Below, piece by piece: positions 35,759 to 48,708 of a stretch of DNA of 64,000 bases. Both the position numbers and the translations under genes were made by a program. The notes below the pieces were generated by a model. That model worked only from the letters and a program-made list of their open reading frames with translations, did no database searches and was not told where the DNA came from. Position 1 is the stretch's first letter. Each line of letters starts with the position of its first letter. Source of the DNA: the human T2T-CHM13v2.0 reference genome, Homo sapiens; assembly GCF_009914755.1 (NCBI RefSeq), contig NC_060947.1, one strand, 5' to 3'.

Positions 35759-35892
35759 TTTTTTTTTTTTTTTTTTAAAGAAACAGGGTCTTGCCGTGTT
35801 GCCCACACTGGTCTAAAACTCCTGACCTCAAGCGATCCTGTCCCAGCCTCCCAAAGTGCTAGGATTACAGGTGTGAGCCACTGCACCTGTCC
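35759..35892 (-). mobile_element. FLAM/Alu left monomer (antisense)
   Basis: Poly-T plus single reverse arm. Confidence 0.85.
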
Positions 35893-36467
35893 CTACATTT
35901 TTTTCTTAACTATTTTTATTTAGTTTTAATAAATACATAAAAGGTTTAATAAGTAGGATATTTCCAGTTTCTGGCAAATTTTTACTTTCATTCAAGATGT
36001 TTTTATAGCTGTATTGATCTTTATGTTCAGTATCTTGACAAGTCGCTAATAATAAACTTGTCGAGCTGGTTTTTAAAAGGTAAATAGAAAAATGAAGGTA
36101 GGTGTTGAAAATGTTTTGCTCTTTCCCTTGTAGAGTTACAGAAAAGCCATCCTTTAAGCTGTGTACTTTTCATAATCTCAAACTCTGAGGTCTTCAACAG
36201 CATGGAAATAGTCTTGCAGCAACAGTTACAGGTCATATAATGCTCAAATTGCTCTTTTGAGTGAGCCTGTGCCAGAGGATAATCACTAACCATGGTTGAT
36301 TAAATTTAGTTCCTCCTGTGCTTTTTTAGAGGCTCTTTACCCAAGTGTTTGATTCTTCCCGGCTATAGGAACCTAGTGTCATGCATTTTCAGTCCTTATT
36401 ATATTTGTCACACAATGGCAAGAAAATGATTGAAAAATCAATATGATAAAAATGTCTTCTCATTTAG

Positions 36468-36567
36468 GAAAAGTCCTGAAAATATTAGTCATTCAGAGCA
36501 ACTCAAGGAAAAAGAGAAGCAAGGATTTTTCAGGTCAATGAAAAAGAAAAAGAAGAAATCTCAAACA
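36468..36567 (+). CDS. CDKL5: CDKL5 exon 16 (100 nt) with poly-Lys NLS
   Basis: atttag|GAAAAG...CAAACA|gtaagt; [33 protein letters not shown]. Confidence 0.95.
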
Positions 36568-37343
36568 GTAAGTAGATGACCAGTTTCTATATATAATAAC
36601 ATGTTTCTGCATTATTCAATGGATACTTTACACTTTGCACTTGGCAATCAAAGTTGATTGTTTTCTTATTGAGACTTGACATTTATGCACTGTATTATGT
36701 CTCTTTCTGAAATTCTTTACAACTATCCTCTCAACAGAGCCTTTTCTACATTCAACAGAATCTCCAGGAATAGAAGAAATTTAATTTGGATGACAGAGAA
36801 CACTTTAAGCCTTTCTCAATATACTTCTTATCTATGTGGGCTTATATTAATGTAAAAACTTTGAAGACACAGGATTTGTTTCTCTCTGGGGATTTAAAGA
36901 TATGCATAAACTTAGGAAATGGGTTTTGGTTTACTTTTAAATGTTGAAATTTGTAAATAACCATCATTCCTTATTCTCTCCTGGCTGGTTACAGAATTCC
37001 TACGTTGCCAGGTGTGTTTCTGAGTTATATAGTCACAAAGATCGTATCTGGGATTTTAGGGCTTGCGTTAGAAGGAAAATATGTTTGCCTTTTGATCGCG
37101 CTGTGGGTTGGAATGCACCTTATCTCCTGGGAGCCCTTTGCCTGAACAAAGAGCTGGCTCCATGGGACCGTTCACATCACTTCACTGAACCACCCAAGCA
37201 AGGATCCTGCTGGTTTAGTGACATGAGAACCTTGGGGAAACCCGGCCTGTAGGACAGCAGCAGGAGTAGTTCTTCCCCTAGATGAGGCTGCATCCCCCTT
37301 TTCTTTATGACAACTTCAAGGCTAAACAAGGTAGAGTTAGCCG

Positions 37344-37632
37344 TTTTTATTTATTTATTTATTTTAGAGACAGGGTCTCACCCTGTTGCCCAGGCTGGAG
37401 TGCAGTGGCATGATCTCAGCTCCCTGCAACCTCTACCTCCTGGGCTCAAGTGATCTCCCACCTCAGCCTCCCAAATAACTGGGTGCACGCCATCACACCC
37501 AGCTAATTTTTTGTATTTCTTGTAGAGACAGGGTTTCACCATGTTGCCCAGGCTGGTCTCGAACTCCTGAGCTCAAGCAATCTGCCCACTTAGGCCTCCC
37601 AAAGTGCTAGGCATGAGCCACTGTGCCTGGCC
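37344..37632 (-). mobile_element. AluJ-like (antisense)
   Basis: TSD agttagcc. Confidence 0.92.
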
Positions 37633-40479
37633 TAGTTAGCCATTTTGAATGGTTTTGGTTCTAGTTTTACTTCATACGTAATTTATTCTTATTTATTTGA
37701 AGAGGAAAAAGACACAATCAAAATGGCCTGTTCAGATGGACTTCACTGATTTCATCTATAAGTTTAGTAGATTAGACCCAGTGTTTCTGAGGCCCTTTCT
37801 ATTATGAAAATTATAGAATTATGACTCAATGGGAAGTAGATTAGGTAGATGTTCATAGCAATGTGTATAAATAACCTGAAGTAAGCATTTTTATCTCACA
37901 GATGTTCTAGAAATGTTAACAAATACCTTCCTAGATAATCTTTCTAGATCATTCTTTCACTTGCTTGCTTGTTAAATTTATGTATTTCCTTATAAAATAA
38001 ATATGAGTTCATTATAGAAAATTTGAGAAAAAGAAAAAGATCGTTTTAAATCTTAATACCCTACCACAACTAGTATTAGGATTTTGGTATATTTTCCTCC
38101 AGCTGTTTAGCCTATGCATATGTTTGTGGCAAGAAGGTGGGGTTTTTTTTTGTTTGTTTGTTTTTTAAGTTTTAAATTAGAGCAATCCTTTTAGTACGAT
38201 TTTGTATTCTGGCTTTTAACAGTTTATCTATCTATATCTACATGCACAGAATATGTATGTTACTACAAATACTTTATTATCTTCAATCCTAATGGCTGCA
38301 TAATATTTCTGAAGTAGTCATTAAAAAAACTGCCCATATTTTTAACTGAAGCTTACTTTTAAAGTGTCAAATCAAAATGCCACTCAGTCAGATACTACTA
38401 TAATTGTTACTTAAACTGGGTGAACAAATAGACCTGATTTAACATAGGAATACTTAAAATGTTTAAAGTGTTAATAAAACTTTTATCATTGTCTGTAGAA
38501 CATGTTTCTCTATCATGAGCGTTAAACTTTGGCTACCTCCTGACCACTGTTATTTTTATTTTGTGGTTTTTGTTCTAAACCACAGGTCTCCTGGCATTGT
38601 GGGGTGATTAAGTGGTAGAAAGTAGGAAAGATTAAGGAATTGAAGGTGTTTTTGTATATAGATTTAGATTTTGATGTTTACTGTAGAGCAACATTAAACC
38701 TAAAGTCCCTGGCTCACTGTGGCACAAGTAGAGTATACATGTTGGCTGACTTTATTATTCAGAATTTAGTTAAATTTTAGATATTTTAGTAATATAGATT
38801 AGAGTAAAAAGGAAAATAACCATTCTCTAACATCCTCTCGACTTAAACTTTTTATTAGGTTTTCATAAGTTTCCTTTTTGATATTAAAGTAACTGTAGAA
38901 TATCTCTGCATAGGCCATAATGCCTTAAGCTTTACCAACCCAAAAGTTGTTTGTATCTCTGCATCTTTTAATTAAATGAAACATAAAATTTAAGGGCTTT
39001 GGGATTTCCAAAGAGCGCTCAGTACAGCCTTCCAAACCTCAGAGTCCTACGCCTGACATTGGGTTAACTCTGCCTACTTTGAATGAGCATTTAAACTGTT
39101 AATAGTTTTTCACTTTCTAGAACTCAGCAAAAAGAAACTACATAGAATAAGCTTCAAAAGATTTAAGGCATTGTGGCCTTTGCATAAGATTCCAAAAGAA
39201 TGAAAATCTGATGCCCAGTGTACATAGAGACGCATGACATGTTAAAGCTGAGGTGGATCCTAAATCTAGTTGAATTTTTTTATTCACTGGTATAGGAACT
39301 GAGCCCAAGCAAGTTGTGGGCTTGCTTCAAAGCCCAAAAATCACATAATCAACTGGGAGAACCAGAACTGCGTTCTCCTAAATACCAAGTCCAGGCTCAA
39401 TTCATACCATGGACCCGCCTCTGTGGGGAGCCTCTAGGAGCTCTCCTCTGGCCTCTTCAGCGATGCAAGTTAAACTCTTCCTCGAGGTTCCTGTCATTGG
39501 AACAAGAAAATTTGTGGGATGTTTTACTCAAATCCCTTTTTACATATACCCTTAAAAGATTACCTAAATACTTGAATACCTTCATAGACATTCTAGTTCT
39601 CTGACAATTGAGATATCCAAAACAGGGAAAAGTGGTGACAAAAAAAAATAATTCTGTATTGTAAAGGTGCCTGCTTCGACTCAAGCAAATCTGGAAGCTG
39701 CCTTGGGAAATCTGGCTTTGGTTACATATCCAGAGTTACATAAGTCCTCAGAGCATATGGTGACTTTGCCAACTTGGTAATTGTATCCTAGTTAGTTAGT
39801 ATCTCAACTTGTGATGATGCTTCCATTTAAATATTGAAATTTCTGTTTCTTCTCTTTGAAAACCAGTATCTGAATTGTGCTAGATGTTTTCCATTGGGTA
39901 AATATTTCTAGCAGTACAGAACAAGGCCTCTTACTCAACATTAGTATCCCACCACAGTGATCAATACCTCTTCCTAGTGATGTTTTCAGGCTTAAAAGTT
40001 GACCAAATTCGAAAGGGTTTCCAGTATGTTGGGATTTTTTTTCTCCTAATAGGCAAATTACATGGTAGATTTTTTACTTGCTGAAGTCCTCTCTAGCAAT
40101 TAGGAGAAGATTGAAGTTTATCAGTAGCTCTTTAACACAGTTCTTTATAACCATATTTCTGATAGTAAGTAAAAATTATTTAACGTTTTATAAGCTTAAT
40201 GTGAGTAGGTGTGTCTAGGTCTCTTGGCATTCCTACTAGAGGTATTGATCATGATCTCACATTATATACTTAGAAGAAGTTTGTGCTTGTCTTGAATTTG
40301 CATTATTGACATCTTCACATCCAGGTGAGAATTGGCACAGAAGCTCTAGATGCACAGCACCGAGATTCTTTCAGTGACTGTTAATATTTAGCAATTTGAG
40401 GGCTTCCAAGGGCTAGTAGTTTCAATAAGAGCACTTTTTTTTTTTTTTGCAATTAGTTTATTTGTATCTTATATTGCAG

Positions 40480-40602
40480 ACAGATTCCACCAACGGGGAG
40501 AATCCAAGCATCAAGAAATCCCTCTTTCCTCTTTTTAATTCAAAGAATCATTTAAAGCATAGTTCTTCTTTGAAAAAGCTTCCTGTAGTCACTCCACCCA
40601 TG
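40480..40602 (+). CDS. CDKL5: CDKL5 alternative cassette exon 17 (old '16b'; 123 nt, 41 aa)
   Basis: ttgcag|ACAGAT...CCCATG|gtaccc; TDSTNGENPSIKKSLFPLFNSKNHLKHSSSLKKLPVVTPPM; frame-preserving; matches the known alternative exon. Confidence 0.88.
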
Positions 40603-41728
40603 GTACCCGTTTTTATGTATGGTAGCCCTGAAAACTGCTCCAGTAAACTTGTTTTACTGATGACAACAGCATGTCTTATTTTCATGAGGTCATATTCTCT
40701 TTATGCTAGTTAAGTACGTGAGCCAGTTCCATAAATTCACTGGGATATAAATTCATTGCCATTCTTCTGAATCAGTTAAGAAAGTTGAAGCACAAAGTCT
40801 ATTAAGCAAACAAACTAGTGAAAGGCTAGTTTGTCATGTCTGATTAGCCAGTTATGGGCAGATAACATTTATAAAAGCCTGTATTTTATGTAAGGAATTC
40901 TGTTAACATTTACAGTTAACAAATATCTTTGCATTTGACTCACAGAGTTTGTTAACACTTGATTGGCAATTTGTCTTTTTGAAGCCAAGTTGAATTGACC
41001 AAATTGAATGAGCTAACAGGCTCCATGAAAAAACAGCTTGTTTCCTTGTCTGGCTTGAGCTTTTGCTGGTCAGTTTAAAACCAGGGCTTTTGCTTGGCAT
41101 TTGACATTACTCTTCTGTGTTCACCAAAACTGGTGAATAGAGCAATTGCATTCATCTGGAATTTGTGGCACAGATTTCCAGCATTTCTCTAGTACATAAT
41201 GATAGATCCAGATATATCAGACAGTGGTTTGGGAATATGATCCAAACCATACTTTCTCACTTTGCTATCCTTGAAAGCCTACCAGACTTCTTTGGCACTA
41301 CCATATACAGTGTTTGGATCATTTTCCCAGCAGGAAAAAATTTCTGTTTTATTGAACTGGTTCACAACCTAACTGCAATATGGAATGAGGATACGACAGC
41401 AATTCCTGGTACAGCCCTATTTAACTGCTCTCTCTTACAGCGACTAAAACTAACAGCATGGGAATGCTTTAAGGGTTGAGGTTTAACAAAGCTGCATGAC
41501 ATCTGCCAATTTTTCCTAATGCAGGGAAAATTATTAAGAGGGCAGAAGAATTTAACTAGCATCACTTGCATTGTGAACATTGGGAGAGATTGGGGTTCTA
41601 TTTTTACTGGGTTATTTGAGTTTTGGTTTGGTTTGCTTTTTAGTTTGGTTCTCCTCTTGGGTGTGGTTGCATATCTTAATTAGGCTTCTCAGTGTGCTTA
41701 TTGAATGCTTGTCCATATTTTGCTCTAG

Positions 41729-41932
<204 letters not shown>

Positions 41933-42667
41933 TAGCCTCTCAATGTTACAGTAAGGCTGAGCACCTCCTCAAAATAGACCCTCAGTTATAGCCAGATGCA
42001 TCTCGTGAGCCAGGATGAATCTTGCTTCAGTGACCCATGTTCTACTGGGAAAGATGCAAGCTTCTGTTAGCCTTCACCTAGCTGGAGGCAACTGAAGATG
42101 TAGTCCCAGCCCATAAATACAGCCCAGGAAAGAGCTGAGCTGTGTTAAAGAACCATAATTCATGGTAAAAAATGAGGCATGCCATAACATTTCAGGCAGG
42201 ATGAACACAGATGGTGGGAAGATTAAGGTTTCATTAAAAATAATAGCATACAAATTGAAAGACAGGTATGATAAGTTTTCTTGAAAGAATATTTCAACTC
42301 CTGAAATCCATACTGTTTTTGACAGGAAACAGGCAAACAGTTGCATTAGGAACTACATATTAGACTGTATTATATAGTCACATTTATCTTCCGTAATGGA
42401 GGAATAAGCAGAAACTGAATCAGTAAATTTTTCAGGTATCTGAGGTTTATCTCCTTTAAACAACTATTTTGGTTGGAAATTTTGTAATGTATCTTTTCAG
42501 TATCCCATAATGAGCATTTTGTTTTTTGATATTGAGTATTTTATAAATCCTTTATTCTTCTGCACTATAATTTCTGACAATCCTCCCGAGCTTTTGAGGC
42601 TATAGGATTACTTGTGTCTGTGATTTCTTGTGTCACAGATTTCTGTGATTGGGAGAGCGGACTACTG

Positions 42668-42969
42668 TTTTTTTTTTTTTTTTTGAGACAGGGCCTCAAT
42701 CCCATTGCCCAGGCTAGGGTGCAATGGCACAAACTCGGTTCACTGCATCCTTAACCTCCCTGTGCTCAGGCAATCCTCCCACCTCAGCCTCCCAAGTAGC
42801 TGTGACTATAGGTGTGCACCACCACACCTGGCTAATTTTTCGAATTTTTGGTAGAGACGGGGTTTTGCCATGTTGCCCAGGCTGGTCTCGAACTCCTGGG
42901 CTCAAGCAAGCCACCTGCCTCTGCCTCCCAAAGTGCTGGGATTACAGGGATGAGCCACCATGCCCAGCC
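42668..42969 (-). mobile_element. AluJ-like (antisense)
   Basis: Poly-T plus reverse Alu. Confidence 0.92.
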
Positions 42970-43238
42970 TCTGTTTACTCTTTTTAACTGTAAGCTGTTG
43001 CATAGAACTGCTGGCAGAAGTTCCCCATATTCCCATTCTATTTGCCCCAGCCATTTATATTTTCTGCTTCTAACATAATATAAGCTGGGGATGGTGGAAG
43101 CATAGAGAACCAGATATCCAAGTTTATTGGATATGTATGCAAACTAAAGAGACAAGCCTCTGAGTGAGGGCCTGCTTCTCTATTCCCAATTTCAAAACAA
43201 AACAAAAAGAATAGAGAGCTTTAGAACTTTCTTTGTGA

Positions 43239-43570
<332 letters not shown>

Positions 43571-44524
43571 GAAGCTCTTTTCAAATAACTTTATAGCTCT
43601 TGCTGAATGCAGCTTATTGTAATTGCTTGATAGTTACATGTGGTCAAGGCTATAAAAATCACCAGGAGTCTCATCGTGTTATACCAATTTAATTATTTTT
43701 AAAAAGCCACTTTTGAGCACTTAGAGTGTACAGTGTGCTCTGCTACTTCCTGTAGGGAGCACAAAGCTTTCTTGGGAAGACTTTGAAATGATGATGGAGA
43801 ATACTTTCCCCTGAAACAATATCTACTTGAGTCAGTTCTGAAGCCATTTACCTTGGGTTTCAGTGCCTAGTTCCTTCAAATCTTGTAATGTTCCTTGAGT
43901 TCGTCAACATTTTATTCAAACTTTACTGAGCCCTTAAATGCATGTCCCTTATACCATGACATTTACAGCAAAGGTACTCTGAGAATTGGCCCCAGAGGGG
44001 TCCCAAGGCTAGGGTTGTAGCCCAAGTGGCCAAATCCAGCAGTCATGATTGGCTGTGAATTTCCAAGTGCTTTCCATGTCTCTTCCGAGATCGAGGAAGA
44101 GGAGATTGAGCCATCTTTCATCGTTCAGGAGCATGAGGCTCAGGAATTGTCCAGTGAGCAGACGGCTCTGAGGCTCCTCCCCTCTGCCCTGAAGTCAGTC
44201 TCCCTCCTTGATGCAGCACCTGGGGATGTCTAGCTGCACAGTAGACAGACAGGCAGGGCGGACCACTGTGAGCCCATGTTAGGAATTGAAGGCCTCCTGT
44301 GAATTAATTCTTTAGATAGTTCTGATGGGGTTTTGCATATTTCTTTGTGCTTTGCATTTTCAATGCCCAAATGTTACCCTCCCCCTTTCAAAAAAAAAGC
44401 AAAAAAAAAAAAAAAAAGTGCAGCAAGGGAACATTTGAATTTTGCAATATCGAGAGAGGGAAATTGGGGAGATAAGAACGAAAAGGGCTATACGACTTGT
44501 AGTTGAGTACATTGCTAACTAAAA

Positions 44525-44830
44525 CATTCCATATTTTCAGCTTCTCTTGCTGCTAGATATGGCTGTGTACCTAAGTTCTAGCTGGTAAAATATAAGTGGA
44601 AGCATTTTGTGGAGCCTTTGGGAAGTCTTCTCAAAACAGAGAAACATACACCTTTTGCTTTCTCCTTCCTGCTGGTTGAAGCATGAGATCCCCTGATTAG
44701 AGATAGGATGCAACCAGGTAGATGAGCCTGGGCCTTTGATTGGCTGCCGTACCAGCTCTATATGTCTTATCTAGATTTCTAGGCTTTTCCATTAAATAAT
44801 AATACAGTCTTGTTTGAAAAAACCCGAAGA
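44525..44830. mobile_element. LTR33-like (ERVL) remnant
   Basis: atattttcagcttctcttgctgctagatatggctgtgtacctaagttctagc...ataagtggaag motif. Confidence 0.45.
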
Positions 44831-44939
44831 ACAGATATGGCTGGACCGGCTCCTCCTTGCACATGCTTGCCCTTCCTGGCCACACCCAGTCACCTCACCT
44901 CTAAGCCCCCTTCCCTCCCCAGCCTTATGGTCGCTCTAA

Positions 44940-45362
<423 letters not shown>

Positions 45363-48300
45363 TTTGTGCTGGTAGGGGGGAGGGGTGGACAGACAAGCCA
45401 GTGGGGAGGGGTGGGAAAGGGTGGGCTGGGCTTGGGGCATGGGCCGGGCCAAGTGGTGAGCCAATATTTTCAGCTTTATGAAGGTGTGTGCAATATTGCA
45501 TGTGTTGGGGCCGTTGAGCTCCTCGCGGCCACAAATGCTAGTCAGGGATCTTAGAGCCACAGGAGTTCCTTAGGGATCGCCACTCCCCACAGGTCTTGTG
45601 TGAGAATAGATAGAGTGTGCCATTGAGGAAGAAGAAATTCTTGCCAGTTTCTCCCCTTTACATTCCAGCTTTAGTGCAATCTCTGTTGAACTTGGGAATG
45701 CCAGGATGTGTCCTGGCACTGCAAGGGATAGGAAAGTCGTGTTGACCGATGCCCTTACTACATATTTTTTTCTGCCTAGAGTAAATGTGGGGTTTATTGT
45801 AATCCAAGAGTATCCCTTTGAAGGGTTAGCAGATGAACTGTATGTCTTAAATTGTTTTCTAAACTTCCATATTTGATAGGATTTGTAACATTTATTTATA
45901 ATTAATATTGTACTGTTAAAATCATATCTTTTATGTTATAATGTAAAGTTATTTTGAGCTGTTTGAAACATTGTGAAGCAGTGGGACAGCTACAGTAGTT
46001 TCTATAAAAACTAAACAGTAACATTTATATATTGCATCAGGAGTATTTTATTCTATATATAATATATATATATGGTAAATATCTGTTTTATAAATATATT
46101 CATTTAAAGAAAGTATCGTTATGACACTATCTGCCATATTTTTATACATTTGTGATATGAAGTGAGTATTATACTTCTACTAAAGGGAGTTGAATTGTGG
46201 CTACACGTGACTGTAACAGTATGAACCTTGCTCAACTTTGAGGCCCCAGCAGTAGCCTCTAGACATGATCCTTGGTAGCAGACGAGATGCAGCATCTCTT
46301 TCCAAACCTGCAGGGGAAGAAAGTCAGATAGGCCAGTGAGAATTCCAGCAGGCCTGGTTTCCGTCCTCACACACTTGGCTCCTGTTTGTGTCCAGGGTCG
46401 TTACTTGCACACAGGGGAGAATAGATTGAGGCGTTACTCGTGGGTCTTTGTAGAGAGAATGTGCTCTTCCACTTAGCATTAGTGTAGAGCGTAGACCAAA
46501 GATTTGCCAGTGAACATTCCTTGTTGTGAGATCATAAGAGGTACCTGTCTGCAGATCTTGCAAACCATCTCTATGCTCCTGAATATTGTCCACTGTCCCG
46601 GAGACTCTTGGCTGATGGGGTGTGAGATATATGTGTGGCATTTCTATTTCTGAATGCCTTTTTTGCTATTGCTCTCTCCAATACCATATTTAAAAGGCTC
46701 CTGGAGCAATTCCAGATAGATAAAAAATTACTCTATCCATTTTTTTCTTCCTGGGGCTGTCCACTTATGACAAGATTTTCATGCACACCTGTTACGCACA
46801 CAACCCCCATCAGAACAGGACCTATCTTCCCCTCATCTGATCTCTTTCAGCTCCCAAGTTACTCCCAAGTATCATCAAACCCTTTGGCCATCAAGTGTTA
46901 TCCTCCCATGCCTCTGGGTCATCCTTGAGGGAAGTCACCTCAGCACCATCATCTATCAGTAGTAGTAGATTTTTGGAATTAGTCTCTGAGCAATAATACT
47001 TTTAAAGGTCCCTCCCACCCCTCAAAGAGATAACTTCTCAGTATTTATTACTTGTCCTCAAATTCTGAGTGTCAGCCCCTGCATCAAGTCAGCTATGATC
47101 AAAATGTGCTGTTACTGTTAACCCTCCCCCGAGATTTTGAGAATCATAGCTCTGATGATTATGAAGATTATAAAGACTAAGGTCCTAGTTTCCCTGAAGC
47201 TTAAATTGTGCACATATTGCATTTTTATATAAATACTATAATGTGTATTGATTATATAGATAGGTCATTTTAAGGTGCTTTTTATTTAATTTTAATGAGT
47301 GTAATAGGCACTAAAATGAAACTCGACTGGGTACTATTACTGAAAAAATTTGACTCAAACCAATAGTTTTGCATGCTCTTTAGTTCTTTTTCTGTCTTAC
47401 TTCTTTCACCAGTTCAGTACTGTTTGGGTAGCTCTGAATTCTGGCTTTTCCAGGCAGCTGCTTGATGATACAAATGAGGTGGACCATCAGCAGTTTTGCC
47501 TGGACACTAATGACTCTAAAAGGGTGTGTATTTAACTCTTCTTTTTCATACTAGATCTCTACCTTGTATTCCCCCCTTGCAAACCAGAAACTACACTTTT
47601 TTTCTCTGGAAAGACTTCTCACTGTGCTATGCGCTTAGGAACTGCACGGTCCCGTTGCCATGCTGTGGCATTCGAGGCTCGTCACCTAGGGGCTGGTTTC
47701 CCATGTTGTCATCCTTGCTAACACTGGGATCTCAGATGTTTGCAGAACATTTCTATTCATGACGGTTCTTCAAAGAAGGGCTAGAATATTTGCCTTCTAC
47801 CTAGAGCAAAGTAAACCTAATTGTTGAAGAGTCAATACGTACTTTTTGTACTTTCCCAGATTTGAGCCAGAAAATACCTACAGATATCTACAAATGTTTT
47901 CAACCAGTGTTTTCGAGGTAGCTCTTTAATCCTCTTCTCAGCTTTTGTCTGTTCTGACTTTTCATCCAATAAGCTGTAAGTGAACTACAATCTGCATTTC
48001 CAGCATGCAATTCTCTTCCTGCTCACGGAGGGGGATGCAAAAGTTTTCTCTCACACCTAATGGGCCCTCTCTTAGCTTTTAACTGTTGTTTTCCCCTGTT
48101 GATGAAAAATTACTGACATCACAAAGATTGCCATCCATGGTAGAAAGGACTTGATTTAAAGTCAGAAAAATTTGCCTTTTCTTTAGGAAGGGGAATTCAT
48201 GACATCCATGTCCTATTATCGGCCGTAACTTCCTAAAGAAGAAAAAGGGTGAATGAAAGCTTATGTTACTTTTATGAAAGTATCACTGATCTCCTTTGGA

Positions 48301-48487
48301 AAAGAAACTCTGCTTCACTGTTTTTCTACCTTTATTTCTCTGCCATCCTCGTTTTTCCTCTCTGAAGTTCTAAATACCCTTTAACTGAACCTTGTTGGTC
48401 TTGCTCTAAAATTTAGCCTCTTTCTAGAGCCCAAGACCAAAAGGGAGTGCTTCATGCTGAGGGGCTCAAGTGAGCTGACTCTACAAC

Positions 48488-48708
48488 TGTGGTTCTCAAC
48501 TAGGGGCAGATTTACCCCCAAGGGTACATTTGGCAATGTCTGGGGACATTTGGTTGTCATAGCTGGGGGGGAGGTGATGGTATGCTACTGGCATCAAGTG
48601 GTTAGAGGCCACAGATGCTACTAAACACCCTGCCATGCACAGGACAGCCCCCCAAACAAACAGTGGTCCAGCCCCAAGCACTACTAGTGCTGAGGTTGAG
48701 AAACCCTG
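48488..48708. mobile_element. MER20 (hAT-Charlie) inside the CDKL5 3'UTR
   Basis: gtggttctcaac...acatttggcaatgtctgggg...gttgagaaaccctg terminal inverted repeats. Confidence 0.85.

Noticed and set aside
40603-40713. Read-through of exon 17 as an alternative last exon
   Set aside because: Only weak CATAAA/TATAAA variants follow, so there is insufficient support.
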